Below, piece by piece: positions 28,679 to 44,200 of a DNA stretch of 64,000 nt. Below the pieces are notes generated by a model. The model saw only the letters and a program-made list of their open reading frames with translations. It made no database searches and had not been told where the DNA came from. Each line of letters opens with the position of its first letter. Positions within the stretch are counted from its first letter, which is position 1. The position numbers were made by a program, and so were the translations under genes. Origin of the DNA: Lingula anatina (lineage: Eukaryota > Animalia > Brachiopoda); assembly GCA_051362555.1 (NCBI GenBank), contig CM120647.1, forward strand, positions 2,356,001 to 2,420,000, written 5' to 3'.

Positions 28679-30363
28679 AACAAGGCAGCAAAGCTGTCAA
28701 ATGTACAGACAAAGAACAGAAAATAAAGATGCAAATAAGTGAAAAATTAAATCTCCACAAAAAACTGTTAAATTGCCAGAAAAATTTACCAAACAGACTG
28801 CGTTGCCTATTGAAGCTGTATGTTAGACCCATGTTTCTTTCCTGTAAGTTTGAGAACAGTAAGTGACATGATTTCCCTTAAATGGTCATCATAGGAGCAG
28901 TGTCCAAAATAGGGGTTTCTTCAAATTTTGATGCAACATTACATAATGTTTAACAGCATAATGACAATCAAATGTTATTAATAAAATATAGTAACATGGA
29001 CATTCAGAAAATGTGACAAGCAAAAGTCTTCAAGATCATGGAACTTTAAAGTCACACCTTGAAAATGCCAATATGTGAAAAATTAAATTTTCACAAAAAA
29101 CTGTTTAACTGCCAAAAAAAACAAAAAAAAAAAACAAACAGACTGCATTGCCTACTGAAGCTGTATTTTAGTCCCATGTTTCTATCCTGTAAGTTTGAAA
29201 ACAGTAAGTGACATGATTTTCCTTAAATGGTCATCATGGAAGCAGTGCTCAAAATGGGGGTTTCTTCAAATTTTGATGCAATATTACATAATGTTTAACA
29301 GCTTAATGACCATCAATTTTTAATTATAAAATATTTGTATCACAGATATTCAGAAAATGTGACTAGCAAAGGTCTTCAGGCCCATGGAACTTCAAAGTCA
29401 CGCCTTGATAATGCCAAAATGTAAACAAGACAGCACTGTTCTGAAATGGATTTATTTCCATTTTTAACACTTTTTTAACATAAAACAAAATAAACATTTT
29501 ACTGCCATTTTTATATGTCCAACTAAGAAAATTGATGAGATGGGAAAAGTATCAATAGAACAGTGTTAAATGTCCAATTTCCTCCATTCTGAGATTCTGA
29601 ACATAGTGGATGATTGAATCTGACAAACTGCAATGATATGAGTTTATTTCCATTTTTGACACTTTATTACACAATACATGATAACAAGTTTACCATGTTT
29701 TTTACATAATCAACTAACAATGTTGTAAAGATGCAGGAAATATCAAACAAACACTTTTAGGCATCTTATTAGTTAAATAATGAGACTGTTAACATGCCTA
29801 ATAATTGAATCTGAGGAAATGTGAAAAAACAGTATAACTTCTTAAGTAATGGCCCGATTATGCTTATTTTCGAACTCAACCTGCGTAAGATTGACCACTC
29901 CTGTGAGTATAATTACAATTGGCCAATCCGTTTTTCTTATATTGTGTTATCAGTGTTGCATTTATATTGAAAATAGTGAAAAAACAGCATAAATTCCCTA
30001 AAAGTGACCCGATCATGTTGATTTTCAAACTTGACCTGCGTATTATGAATATTCATCAGTTCTGTAAGTTTCAAGTCAAAAGGTAAAATGGTTTTCCACT
30101 TATCGTGTTATCGGTGCTGCATATATGCTGAAAAAAGTGAAAAAACAGCATAAATTCCCTAAAAGTGACCCGATCATGCTGATTTTCGAACTTGACCTGC
30201 GTATTATGAATATTCATCAGTTCTGCAAGTTTCAAGTCAAAAGGTAAAATGGTTTTCCACTTATCGTGTTATCGGTAAAAGTGCACGGCGACGGCGACGA
30301 CGGCGACGGCGACGACAGACGCAGATGATGGCTATATGTACAGACACAACTGTGTCTGTACAT
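28679..30363 (-). mobile_element. Second copy of the Helentron-like HINE (duplicated with its flanks)
   Basis: Same sequence and same insertion site as 21652-23336, offset by 7027 bp. No differences seen by eye. Confidence 0.85.
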
Positions 30364-33300
30364 AAAAATTGACAAATTTCACAGACTAAAATAGTTAAAC
30401 ATTAATAACTTTGACAAATCAAGTCCAATATTTTTTAAATTTGTACCAATCGTGCATAACATTAATAAAAATCTGTGAAAAGCAAATCAGTTGACAATGT
30501 CTAATGAAAAAGATTTTTTCAGAACATAAATTTGAGAAAACTGAAAATGACATTAAAAACACTGACAATGCTATGCCTTAAAATAGTTAAATGTTAATAA
30601 TTTTGACAAATCTAGTCCAATATTTGCAAAATTTGGATAGATGATGCATAACAACAATAAAAATCTGTGAAAAGCTCATCAGTTGACTTTGTCTCATGAA
30701 AAAGATATTTTCAGAGCATATAAATTTGAAAAAACTGAAAATTACATTGAGAAGTCTGCCAAATTCGGTGCCTTAATATAGTTAAACGTTAATAATTTTG
30801 ACAAATCAAGACTAATATCTGTGAAATTTGGAGAGATGATGCATAACAACAATAAAAATCTGTGATAACCTCATCAGTTGACTGTTTCTAGTGAAAAAGA
30901 TTTTTTCGACAATATAATTGAGAAAATTGAATGTTACATTGAAAAGACTGCCAAAGTCCACGACTTCAAATAGTTAAATGTTAATAATTTTGACAAATCT
31001 TGTCCAATATTTGTGGAATTTGGACAAATGATGCTGAACAATAATAGAAATCTGTGATTAGCTCATCAGTTGACTGGGTCTAATGAAAAAGATTTTTTTT
31101 TGAACAATAAATTAGACAGAACTGGAAATTAAACTGAAAAGACTGCCAAATTTCATGGTAAAATATAGTTAAACGTTAATAATTTTGACAAATCTTGTCC
31201 AATATTTGTGGAATTTGGACAAATGATGCTGTACAATAATAAAAATCTGTGATAAGCTCATCAGTTGACTGGGTCTAATGAAAAAGATTTTCTTTGGACA
31301 ATAAATTTGACAAAACTGAAAATAACACTGAAAAGACGGCCCAATTTCATGGTATAAAATAGTTAAATGTTAATAATTTTGACAAATCTTGTCCAATATT
31401 TGTGGAATTTGGACAAATGATGCTGAACAATAATAAAAATCTGTGATAAGCTCATCAGTTGACTGGGTCCAATGAAAAAGATTTTTTTTGAACAATAAAT
31501 TCCACAAAACTGGAAATTACACTGAAAAGACTGCCAAATTTCATGGTAAAATATAGTTAAACGTTAATAATTTTGACAAATCTTGTCCAATATTTGTGAA
31601 ATTTGGGCATATGATGCTGAACAGTAATAAAAATCTGTGGTAAACTTATCAGTTGACTGTGTGTAATAGAAGTGTAATTGTCCTCTGAAAAAAAATATAT
31701 ACCCATTCGAGACTTCTCCTTACTACCAATACCAGATGCAGATTCCTCCTTACAATTGGTTTCTGGAATCAGGTTTAGCGCACCATTTGACAATGTTCTA
31801 AAGCTTGCCACATACCATCTATTGTACACATGGATGAGACAGACCATTGCTCTTGCTGTTGTCTTTCACTGCCTGTTTTTTCTACAGGAATTAGCCATGA
31901 CCAGACAGGAAGAATCAGTTCATCAAAAAACCCACCACGCTGTATGGAAAAGGTTACCTGGAAAAGGAACAATATATTTGAAAAAAGTGAAAATTAAATT
32001 TTAAAAATTAACAAATTTCACAGACTAAAATAGTTAAACATTAATAACTTTGACAAAGTTAAGCTTAACAGTTGACTGTGTCTAATAAAAAGGATATTTT
32101 TGGAACTGAAAATAACACTGAAAAGACTGCCAAAGTCCTTGACTTCAAATAGTTAAACATTAATAATTTTTACAAACCTAGTCCAATATTTGCGTTATTT
32201 GGATAGATGATGCATAACAACAACAAAAATCTGTGAAAAGCTCATCAGTTGACTGTGTCTCATGAAAAAGATATTTTCAGAGCATATAAATTTGAAAAAA
32301 CTGAAAATTACATTGAGAAGTCTGCCAAATTCGGTGCCTTAATATAGTTAAACGTTAATAATTTTGACAAATCAAGACTAATATCTGTGAAATTTGGAGA
32401 GATGATGCATAACAACAATAAAAATCTGTGATAACCTCATCAGTTGACTGTTTCTAGTGAAAAAGATTTTTTCGACAATATAATTGAGAAAATTGAATGT
32501 TACATTGAAAAGACTGCCAAAGTCCACGACTTCAAATAGTTAAATGTTAATAATTGTGACAAATCTTGTCCAATATTTGTGGAATTTGGACAAATGATGC
32601 TGAACAATAATAGAAATCTGTGATAAGCTCATCAGTTGACTGGGTCTAATGAAAAAGATTTTTTTCGAACAATAAATTTGACAAAACTGGAAATTAAACT
32701 GATAAGACTGCCAAATTTCATGGTAAAATATAGTTAAACGTTAATAATTTTGACAAATCTTGTCCAATATTTGTGGAATTTGGACAAATGATGCTGTACA
32801 ATAATAAAAATCTGTGATAAGCTCATCAGTTGACTGGGTCTAATGAAAAAGATTTTCTTTGGACAATAAATTTGACAAAACTGAAAATAACACTGAAAAG
32901 ACGGCCCAATTTCATGGTATAAAATAGTTAAATGTTAATAATTTTGACAAATCTTGTCCAATATTTGTGAAATTTGAGCAAATGATGCTGAACAATAATA
33001 AAAATCTGTGATAAGCTCATCAGTTGACTGAGTCTAATGAAAAAGATTTTTTCAACAATATAATTTAGAAAACTGAATGTTATATTGAAAAGACTGCCAA
33101 AGTCCATGACTTCAAATAGTTAAACATTAATAATTTTGACAAATCTTGTCGAATATTTGTTCAATTTGGACAAATGATGCTGAACAATAATAAAAATCTG
33201 TGATAAGCTCATCAATTGACTGGGTCCAATGAAAAAGTTCTTTTTGGACAATAAATTTGACAAAACTGAAAATAACACTGAAAAGACAGCCAAATTTCAT

Positions 33301-36300
33301 GGTATAAAATAGTTAAACGTTAATAATTTTTACAAACCTAGTCCAATATTTGTGTAATTTGGATAGATGATGCATAACAACAATAAAAATCTGTGAAAAG
33401 CTCATCAGTTGACTGTGTCTCATGAAAAAGATATTTTTAGAGCATATAAATTTGAGAAAACTGAAAATTACATTGAGAAGTCTGCTAAATTCGGTGCCTT
33501 AATATAGTTAAACGTTAATAATTTTGACAAATCTATTCCAATATCTGTGAAATTTGGATAGATGATGCATAACAACAATAAAAATCTGTGATAACCTCAT
33601 CAGTGGACTATTTCTAGTGAAAAAGATTTTTTCAACAATATAATTTAGAAAACTGAATGTCACATTGAAAAGACTGCCAAAGTCCATGACTTCAAATAGT
33701 TAAATGCTAATAATTTTCACAAATCTTGTCCAATATTTGTGAAATTTGTACAAATGATGTTTAAAATCAATGAAAATCTGTGATAAGCTCATCAGTTGAC
33801 TGGGTCCAATGAAAAATATTTTTTTAGGACAATAAATTGGACAAAACTGAAATTAACACTGAAAAGACTGCCAAATTTCATGGTATAAAATAGTTAAACG
33901 TTAATAATTTTAACAAATCTTGTCCAATATTTGTGAAATTTGATCAAATGATGCTGAACAATAATAGAAATCTGTGATAAGCTCATCAGTTGACTGAGTC
34001 TAATGAATAAGATTTTTTCAACAATATAATTTAGAAAACTGAATGTTACACTGAAAAGACTGCCAAAGTCCATGACTTCAAATAGTTAAACATAAATAAT
34101 TTTGACAAATCTTGTCGAATATTAGTTCAATTTGGACAAATGATGCTGAACAATAATAAAAATCTGTGATAAGCTCATCAGTTGACTGGGTCCAAGGAAA
34201 AAGAGTTTTTTTGGACAATAAATTTGACAAAACTGAAAATAACACTGAAAAGACTGCCAAATTTCATGGTATAAAATAGTTAAACGTTAATAATTTTGAC
34301 AAATCTTGTCCAATATTTGTGAAATTTGGGCATATGATGCTGAACAATAATAAAAATCTGTGGTAAGCTTATCAGTTGACTGTGTGTAATAGAAGTGTAA
34401 CTGTCCTCTGAAAAAAAATATATACCCATTCGAGACTTCTCCTTACTACCAATACCAGATGCAGATTCCTCCTTACAATTGGTTTCTGGAATCAGTTATA
34501 GCACACCATTTGACAATGTTTTAAAGCTTGCCACATACCATCTATTGTACACATGGATGAGACAGACAATTGCTCTTGCTGTTGTCTTTCACTGCCTGTT
34601 TTTTCTACAGGAATTAGCCATGACCAGACAGGAAGAATCAGTTCATCAAAAAACCCACCACGCTGTATGGAAAAAGGTTATCTGGAAAAAGGACAATATA
34701 TTTGAAAAAAGTGAAAATTAAATTTTAAAAATTGACAAATTTTACAGACTAAAATAGTTAAACATTAATAACTTTGATAAAGTTAAGTTTAACAGTTGAC
34801 TGTGTCTTATAAAAAGGATATCTTTGGAACTGAAAATAACACTGAAAAGACTGCCAAAGTCCTTGACTTCAAATAGTTAAACATTAATAATTTTGACAAA
34901 TCAAGTCCAATATTTGTGAAATTTGTACTAATCATGCATAACATCAATAAAAATCTGTGAAAAGCAAATCAGTTGACAATGTCCAATGAAAAAGATTTTT
35001 TCAGAACATATAAGTTTGAGAAAACTGAAAATGACATTGAAAACACTGACAATGCTTTGCCTTAAAATAGTTAAACGTTAATAATTTTGACAAATCTAGT
35101 CCAATATTTGCGAAATTTGGATAGATGATGCATAACAACAATAAAAATCTGTGAAAAGCTCATCAGTTGACTTTGTCTCATGAAAAAGATATTTTCAGAG
35201 CATATAAATTTGAAAAAACTGAAAATTACATTGAGAAGTCTGCCAAATTCGGTGCCTTAATATAGTTAAACGTTAATAATTTTGACAAATCAAGACTAAT
35301 ATCTGTGAAATTTGGAGAGATGATGCATAACAACAATAAAAATCTGTGATAACCTCATCAGTTGACTGTTTCTAGTGAAAAAGATTTTTTCGACAATATA
35401 ATTGAGAAAATTAAATGTTACATTGAAAAGACTGCCAAAGTCCACGACTTCAAATAGTTAAATGTTAATAATTTTGACAAATCTTGTCCAATATTTGTGG
35501 AATTTGGACAAATGATGCTGAACAATAATAGAAATCTGTGATTAGCTCATCAGTTGACTGGGTCTAATGAAAAAGATTTTTTTTTTGAACAATAAATTAG
35601 ACAGAACTGGAAATTAAACTAAAAAGACTGCCAAATTTCATGGTAAAATATAGTTAAACGTTAATAATTTTGACAAATCTTGTCCAATATTTGTGGAATT
35701 TGGACAAATGATGCTGTACAATAATAAAAATCTGTGATAAGCTCATCAGTTGACTGGGTCTAATGAAAAAGATTTTCTTTGGACAATAAATTTGACAAAA
35801 CTGAAAATAACACTGAAAAGACGGCCCAATTTCATGGTATAAAATAGTTAAATGTTAATAATTTTGACAAATCTTGTCCAATATTTGTGGAATTTGGACA
35901 AATGATGCTGAACAATAATAAAAATCTGTGATAAGCTCATCAGTTGACTGGGTCCAATGAAAAAGATTTTTTTCGAACAATAAATTCCACAAAACTGGAA
36001 ATTACACTGAAAAGACTGCCAAATTTCATGGTAAAATATAGTTAAACGTTAATAATTTTGACAAATCTTGTCCAATATTTGTGAAATTTGGGCATATGAT
36101 GCTGAACAGTAATAAAAATCTGTGGTAAACTTATCAGTTGACTGTGTGTAATAGAAGTGTAATTGTCCTCTGAAAAAAAATATATACCCATTCGAGACTT
36201 CTCCTTACTACCAATACCAGATGCAGATTCCTCCTTACAATTGGTTTCTGGAATCAGGTTTAGCGCACCATTTGACAATGTTCTAAAGCTTGCCACATAC

Positions 36301-38269
36301 CATCTATTGTACACATGGATGAGACAGACCATTGCTCTTGCTGTTGTCTTTCACTGCCTGTTTTTTCTACAGGAATTAGCCATGACCAGACAGGAAGAAT
36401 CAGTTCATCAAAAAACCCACCACGCTGTATGGAAAAGGTTACCTGGAAAAGGAACAATATATTTGAAAAAAGTGAAAATTAAATTTTAAAAATTAACATA
36501 TTTCACAGACTAAAATAGTTAAACATTAATAACTTTGACAAAGTTAAGCTTAACAGTTGACTGTGTCTAATAAAAAGGATATTTTTGGAACTGAAAATAA
36601 CACTGAAAAGACTGCCAAAGTCCTTGACTTCAAATAGTTAAACATTAATAATTTTTACAAACCTAGTCCAATATTTGCGTTATTTGGATAGATGATGCAT
36701 AACAACAACAAAAATCTGTGAAAAGCTCATCAGTTGACTGTGTCTCATGAAAAAGATATTTTCAGAGCATATAAATTTGAAAAAACTGAAAATTACATTG
36801 AGAAGTCTGCCAAATTCGGTGCCTTAATATAGTTAAACGTTAATAATTTTGACAAATCAAGACTAATATCTGTGAAATTTGGAGAGATGATGCATAACAA
36901 CAATAAAAATCTGTGATAACCTCATCAGTTGACTGTTTCTAGTGAAAAAGATTTTTTCGACAATATAATTGAGAAAATTGAATGTTACATTGAAAAGACT
37001 GCCAAAGTCCACGACTTCAAATAGTTAAATGTTAATAATTGTGACAAATCTTGTCCAATATTTGTGGAATTTGGACAAATGATGCTGAACAATAATAGAA
37101 ATCTGTGATAAGCTCATCAGTTGACTGGGTCTAATGAAAAAGATTTTTTTCGAACAATAAATTTGACAAAACTGGAAATTAAACTGATAAGACTGCCAAA
37201 TTTCATGGTAAAATATAGTTAAACGTTAATAATTTTGACAAATCTTGTCCAATATTTGTGGAATTTGGACAAATGATGCTGTACAATAATAAAAATCTGT
37301 GATAAGCTCATCAGTTGACTGGGTCTAATGAAAAAGATTTTCTTTGGACAATAAATTTGACAAAACTGAAAATAACACTGAAAAGACAGCCCAATTTCAT
37401 GGTATAAAATAGTTAAATGTTAATAATTTTGACAAATCTTGTCCAATATTTGTGAAATTTGGGCAAATGATGCTGAACAATAATAAAAATCTGTGATAAG
37501 CTCATCAGTTGACTGAGTCTAATGAAAAAGATTTTTTCAACAATATAATTTAGAAAACTGAATGTTATATTGAAAAGACTGCCAAAGTCCATGACTTCAA
37601 ATAGTTAAACATTAATAATTTTGACAAATCTTGTCGAATATGTGTGGAATTTGGACAAATGATGCTGAACAATAATAAAAATCTGTGATAAGCTAATCAG
37701 TTGACTGGGTCCAATGAAAAAGTTCTTTTTGGACAATAAATTTGACAAAACTGAAAATAACACTGAAAAGACTGCCAAATTTCATGGCATAAAATAGTTA
37801 AACGTTAATAATTTTAACAAATCTTGTCCAATATTTGTGAAATTTGGGCATATGATGCTGAACAATAATAAAAATCTGTGGTAAGCTTATCAGTTGACTG
37901 TGTGTAATAAAAGTGTAATTGCCCTCTGAAAAAAAATATATACCCACTCAAGACTTCTACTTACTACCAATACCAGATGCAGATTCCTCCTTACAATTTG
38001 TTTCTGGAATCGGGTTAAGCACACCATTTGTTCTAAAGCTTGCCACATACCATCTATTGTACACATGGATGAGACAGACCATTGCTCTTGCTGTTGTCTT
38101 TCACTGCCTGTTTTTTCTACAGGAATTAGCCATGACCAGACAGGAAGAATCAGTTCATCAAAAAACCCACCACGCTGTATGGAAAAGGTTACCTGGAAAA
38201 GGAACAATATATTTGAAAAAAGTGAAAATTAAATTTTAAAAATTGACAAATTTTACAGACTAAAATAGT

Positions 38270-41200
38270 TAAACATTAATAACTTTGATAAAGTAAAGTT
38301 TAACAGTTGAATGTGTCTTATAAAAAGGATATCTTTAGAACTGAAAATAACACTGAAAAGACTGCCAAAGTCCTTGACTTCAAATAGTTAAACATTAATA
38401 ATTTTGACAAATCAAGTCCAATATTTGTGAAATTTGTACCAATCATGCATAACATCAATAAAAATCTGTGAAAAGCAAATCAGTTGACAATGTCCAATGA
38501 AAAAGATTTTTTCAGAACATATAAGTTTGAGAAAACTGAAAATGACATTGAAAACACTGACAATGCTTTGCCTTAAAATAGTTAAACGTTAATAATTTTG
38601 ACAAATCTAGTCCAATATTTGCGAAATTTGGATAGATGATGCATAACAACAATAAAAATCTGTGAAAGGCTGATCAGTTGACTGTGTCTCATGAAAAAGA
38701 TATTTTCAGAGCATATAAATTTGAAAAAACTGAAAATTACATTGAGAAGTCTGCCAAATTCGGTGCCTTAATATAGTTAAACGTTAATAATTTTGACAAA
38801 TCTAGTCCAATATCTGTGAAATTTGGAGAGATGATGCATAACAACAATAAAAATCTGTGATAACCTCATCAGTTGACTGTTTCTAGTGAAAAAAATTTTT
38901 TCAACAATATAATTTAGAAAACTGAATGTTACATTGAAAAGACTGCCAAAGTCCATGACTTCAAATAGTTAAACATTAATAATTTTGACAAATCTTGTCC
39001 AATATTTGTGGAATTTGGACAAATGATGCTGAACAATAATAAAAATCTGTGATAAGCTAATCAGTTGACTGGGTCCAATGAAAAAGTTCTTTTTGGACAA
39101 TAAATCTGACAAAACTGAAAATAACACTGAAAAGACTGCCAAATTTCATGGCATAAAATAGTTAAACGTTAATAATTTTGACAAATCTTGTCCAATATTT
39201 GTGAAATTGGGGCATATAATGCTGAACAATAATAAAAATCTGTGGTAAGCTTATCAGTTGACTGTGTGTGATAGAAGTGTAATTGTCCTCTGAAAAAAAT
39301 ATATACCCATTCGAGACTTCTCCTTACTACCAATACCAGATGCAGATTCCTCCTTACAATTGGTTTCTGGAATCAGGTTTAGCACACCATTTGACAATGT
39401 TCTAAAGCTTGCCATATACCATCTATTGTTCACATGGATGAGACAGACCATTGCTCTTGCTGTTGTCTTTCACTGCCTGTTTTTTCTACAGGAATTCGCC
39501 GAGACCAGACAGGAAGAATCAGTTCATCAAAAAACCCACCACGCTGTATGGAAAAAGGTTATCTGGAAAAAGGACAATATATTTGAAAAAAGTGAAAATT
39601 AAATTTTAAAAATTGACAAATTTTACAGACTAAAATAGTTAAACATTAATAACTTTGATAAAGTTAAGTTTAACAGTTGACTGGGTCTAATAAAAAGGAT
39701 ATCTTTGGAACTGAAAATAACACTGAAAAGACTGCCAAAGTCCTTGACTTCAAATAGTTAAACATTAATAATTTTGACAAATCAAGTCCAATATTTGTGA
39801 AATTTGTACCAATCATGCATAACATCAATAAAAATCTGTGAAAAGCAAATCAGTTGACAATGTCCAATGAAAAAGATTTTTTCAGAACATATAAGTTTGA
39901 GAAAACTGAAAATGACATTGAAAACACTGACAATGCTTTGCCTTAAAATAGTTAAACGTTAATAATTTTGACAAATCTAGTCCAATATTTGCGAAATTTG
40001 GATAGATGATGCATAACAACAATAAAAATCTGTGAAAAGCTCATCAGTTGACTTTGTCTCATGAAAAAGATATTTTCAGAGCATATAAATTTGAAAAAAC
40101 TGAAAATTACATTGAGAAGTCTGCCAAATTCGGTGCCTTAATATAGTTAAACGTTAATAATTTTGACAAATCTAGTCCAATATCTGTGAAATTTGGAGAG
40201 ATGATGCATAACAAAAATAAAAATCTGTGATAACCTCATCAGTTGACTGTTTCTAGTGAAAAAAATTTTTTCAACAATATAATTTAGAAAACTGAATGTT
40301 ACATTGAAAAGACTGCCAAAGTCCATGACTTCAAATAGTTAAACATTAATAATTTTGACAAATCTTGTCCAATATGTGTGGAATTTGGACAAATGATGCT
40401 GAACAATAATAAAAATCTGTGATAAGCTCATCAGTTGACTGGGTCCAATGAAAAAGTTCTTTTTGGACAATAAATTTGACAAAACTGAAAATAACACTGA
40501 AAAGACTGCCAAATTTCATGGCATAAAATAGTTAAACGTTAATAACTTTGACAAATCTTGTCCAATATTTGTGAAATTGGGGCATATGATGCTGAACAAT
40601 AATAAAAATCTGTGGTAAGCTTATCAGTTGACTGTGTGTGATAGAAGTGTAATTGTCCTCTGAAAAAAATATATACCCATTCGAGACTTCTCCTTACTAC
40701 CAATACCAGATGCAGATTCCTCCTTACAATTGGTTTCTGGAATCAGGTTTAGCACACCATTTGACAATGTTCTAAAGCTTGCCATATACCATCTATTGTT
40801 CACATGGATGAGACAGACCATTGCTCTTGCTGTTGTCTTTCACTGCCTGTTTTTTCTACAGGAATTCGCCATGACCAGACAGGAAGAATCAGTTCATCAA
40901 AAAACCCACCACGCTGTATGGAAAAAGGTTATCTGGAAAAAGGACAATATATTTGAAAAAAGTGAAAATTAAATTTTAAAAATTGACAAATTTTACAGAC
41001 TAAAATAGTTAAACATTAATAACTTTGATAAAGTTAAGTTTAACAGTTGACTGTGTCTAATAAAAAGGATATCTTTGGAACTGAAAATAACACTGAAAAG
41101 ACTGCCAAAGTCCTTGACTTCAAATAGTTAAACATTAATAATTTTGACAAATCAAGTCCAATATTTGTGAAATTTGTACCAATCATGCATAACATCAATA

Positions 41201-44200
41201 AAAATCTGTGAAAAGCAAATCAGTTGACAATGTCCAATGAAAAAGATTTTTTCAGAACATATAAGTTTGAGAAAACTGAAAATGACATTGAAAACACTGA
41301 CAATGCTTTGCCTTAAAATAGTTAAACGTTAATAATTTTGACAAATCTAGTCCAATATTTGCGAAATTTGGATAGATGATGCATAACAACAATAAAAATC
41401 TGTGAAAAGCTCATCAGTTGACTTTGTCTCATGAAAAAGATATTTTCAGAGCATATAAATTTGAAAAAACTGAAAATTACATTGAGAAGTCTGCCAAATT
41501 CGGTGCCTTAATATAGTTAAACGTTAATAATTTTGACAAATCAAGTCCAATATCTGTGAAATTTGGAGAGATGATGCATAACAACAATAAAAATCTGTGA
41601 TAACCTCATCAGTTGACTGTTTCTAGTGAAAAAAATTTTTTCAACAATATAATTTAGAAAACTGAATGTTACATTGAAAAGACTGCCAAAGTCCATGACT
41701 TCAAATAGTTAAACATTAATAATTTTGACAAATCTTGTCCAATATGTGTGGAATTTGGACAAATGATGCTGAACAATAATAAAAATCTGTGATAAGCTAA
41801 TCAGTTGACTGGGTCCAATGAAAAAGTTCTTTTTGGACAATAAATTTGACAAAACTGAAAATAACACTGAAAAGACTGCCAAATTTCATGGCATAAAATA
41901 GTTAAATGTTAATAACTTTGACAAATCTTGTCCAATATTTGTGAAATTGGGGCATATGATGCTGAACAATAATAAAAATCTGTGGTAAGCTTATCAGTTG
42001 ACTGTGTGTGATAGAAGTGTAATTGTCCTCTGAAAAAAATATATACCCATTCGAGACTTCTCCTTACTACCAATACCAGATGCAGATTCCTCCTTACAAT
42101 TGGTTTCTGGAATCAGGTTTAGCACACCATTTGACAATGTTCTAAAGCTTGCCATATACCATCTATTGTTCACATGGATGAGACAGACCATTGCTCTTGC
42201 TGTTGTCTTTCACTGCCTGTTTTTTTCTACAGGAATTCGCCATGACCAGACAGGAAGAATCAGTTCATCAAAAAACCCACCACGCTGTATGGAAAAAGGT
42301 TATCTGGAAAAAGGACAATATATTTGAAAAAAGTGAAAATTAAATTTTAAAAATTGACAAATTTTACAGACTAAAATAGTTAAACATTAATAACTTTGAT
42401 AAAGTTAAGTTTAACAGTTGACTGGGTCTAATAAAAAGGATATCTTTGGAACTGAAAATAACACTGAAAAGACTGCCAAAGTCCTTGACTTCAAATAGTT
42501 AAACATTAATAATTTTGACAAATCAAGTCCAATATTTGTGAAATTTGTACCAATCATGCATAACATCAATAAAAATCTGTGAAAAGCAAATCAGTTGACA
42601 ATGTCCAATGAAAAAGATTTTTTCAGAACATATAAGTTTGAGAAAACTGAAAATGACATTGAAAACACTGACAATGCTTTGCCTTAAAATAGTTAAACGT
42701 TAATAATTTTGACAAATCTAGTCCAATATTTGCGAAATTTGGATAGATGATGCATAACAACAATAAAAATCTGTGAAAAGCTCATCAGTTGACTTTGTCT
42801 CATGAAAAAGATATTTTCAGAGCATATAAATTTGAAAAAACTGAAAATTACATTGAGAAGTCTGCCAAATTCGGTGCCTTAATATAGTTAAACGTTAATA
42901 ATTTTGACAAATCTAGTCCAATATCTGTGAAATTTGGAGAGATGATGCATAACAACAATAAAAATCTGTGATAACCTCATCAGTTGACTGTTTCTAGTGA
43001 AAAAAATTTTTTCAACAATATAATTTAGAAAACTGAATGTTACATTGAAAAGACTGCCAAAGTCCATGACTTCAAATAGTTAAACATTAATAATTTTGAC
43101 AAATCTTGTCCAATATGTGTGGAATTTGGACAAATGATGCTGAACAATAATAAAAATCTGTGATAAGCTAATCAGTTGACTGGGTCCAATGAAAAAGTTC
43201 TTTTTGGACAATAAATTTGACAAAACTGAAAATAACACTGAAAAGACTGCCAAATTTCATGGCATAAAATAGTTAAACGTTAATAACTTTGACAAATCTT
43301 GTCCAATATTTGTGAAATTGGGGCATATGATGCTGAACAATAATAAAAATCTGTGGTAAGCTTATCAGTTGACTGTGTGTGATAGAAGTGTAATTGTCCT
43401 CTGAAAAAAATATATACCCATTCGAGACTTCTCCTTACTACCAATACCAGATGCAGATTCCTCCTTACAATTGGTTTCTGGAATCAGGTTTAGCACACCA
43501 TTTGACAATGTTCTAAAGCTTGCCATATACCATCTATTGTTCACATGGATGAGACAGACCATTGCTCTTGCTGTTGTGCTGTTGTCTTTCACTGCCTGTT
43601 TTTTTCTACAGGAATTCGCCATGACCAGACAGGAAGAATCAGTTCATCAAAAAACCCACCACGCTGTATGGAAAAAGGTTATCTGGAAAAAGGACAATAT
43701 ATTTGAAAAAAGTGAAAATTAAATTTTAAAAATTGACAAATTTTACAGACTAAAATAGTTAAACATTAATAACTTTGATAAAGTTAAGTTTAACAGTTGA
43801 CTGGGTCTAATAAAAAGGATATCTTTGGAACTGAAAATAACACTGAAAAGACTGCCAAAGTCCTTGACTTCAAATAGTTAAACATTAATAATTTTGACAA
43901 ATCAAGTCCAATATTTGTGAAATTTGTACCAATCATGCATAACATCAATAAAAATCTGTGAAAAGCAAATCAGTTGACAATGTCCAATGAAAAAGATTTT
44001 TTCAGAACATATAAGTTTGAGAAAACTGAAAATGACATTGAAAACACTGACAATGCTTTGCCTTAAAATAGTTAAACGTTAATAATTTTGACAAATCTAG
44101 TCCAATATTTGCGAAATTTGGATAGATGATGCATAACAACAATAAAAATCTGTGAAAAGCTCATCAGTTGACTTTGTCTCATGAAAAAGATATTTTCAGA

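Larger units (their letters stand above)
20930..34990. repeat. HOR domain 3: 7027-bp tandem duplication containing the HINE element, followed by a partial third copy without it (~35000-37600)
   Basis: Exact 7027 offsets: 21333/28360, 24651/31678, 27452/34479 and HINE starts 21652/28679. Diagnostic SNPs place the breakpoints near 20.9, 27.95 and 35.0 kb. Confidence 0.92.

Noticed and set aside
28679-30363. Independent second transposition of the HINE
   Set aside because: An identical insertion site and 7027-bp flanking identity indicate segmental duplication.
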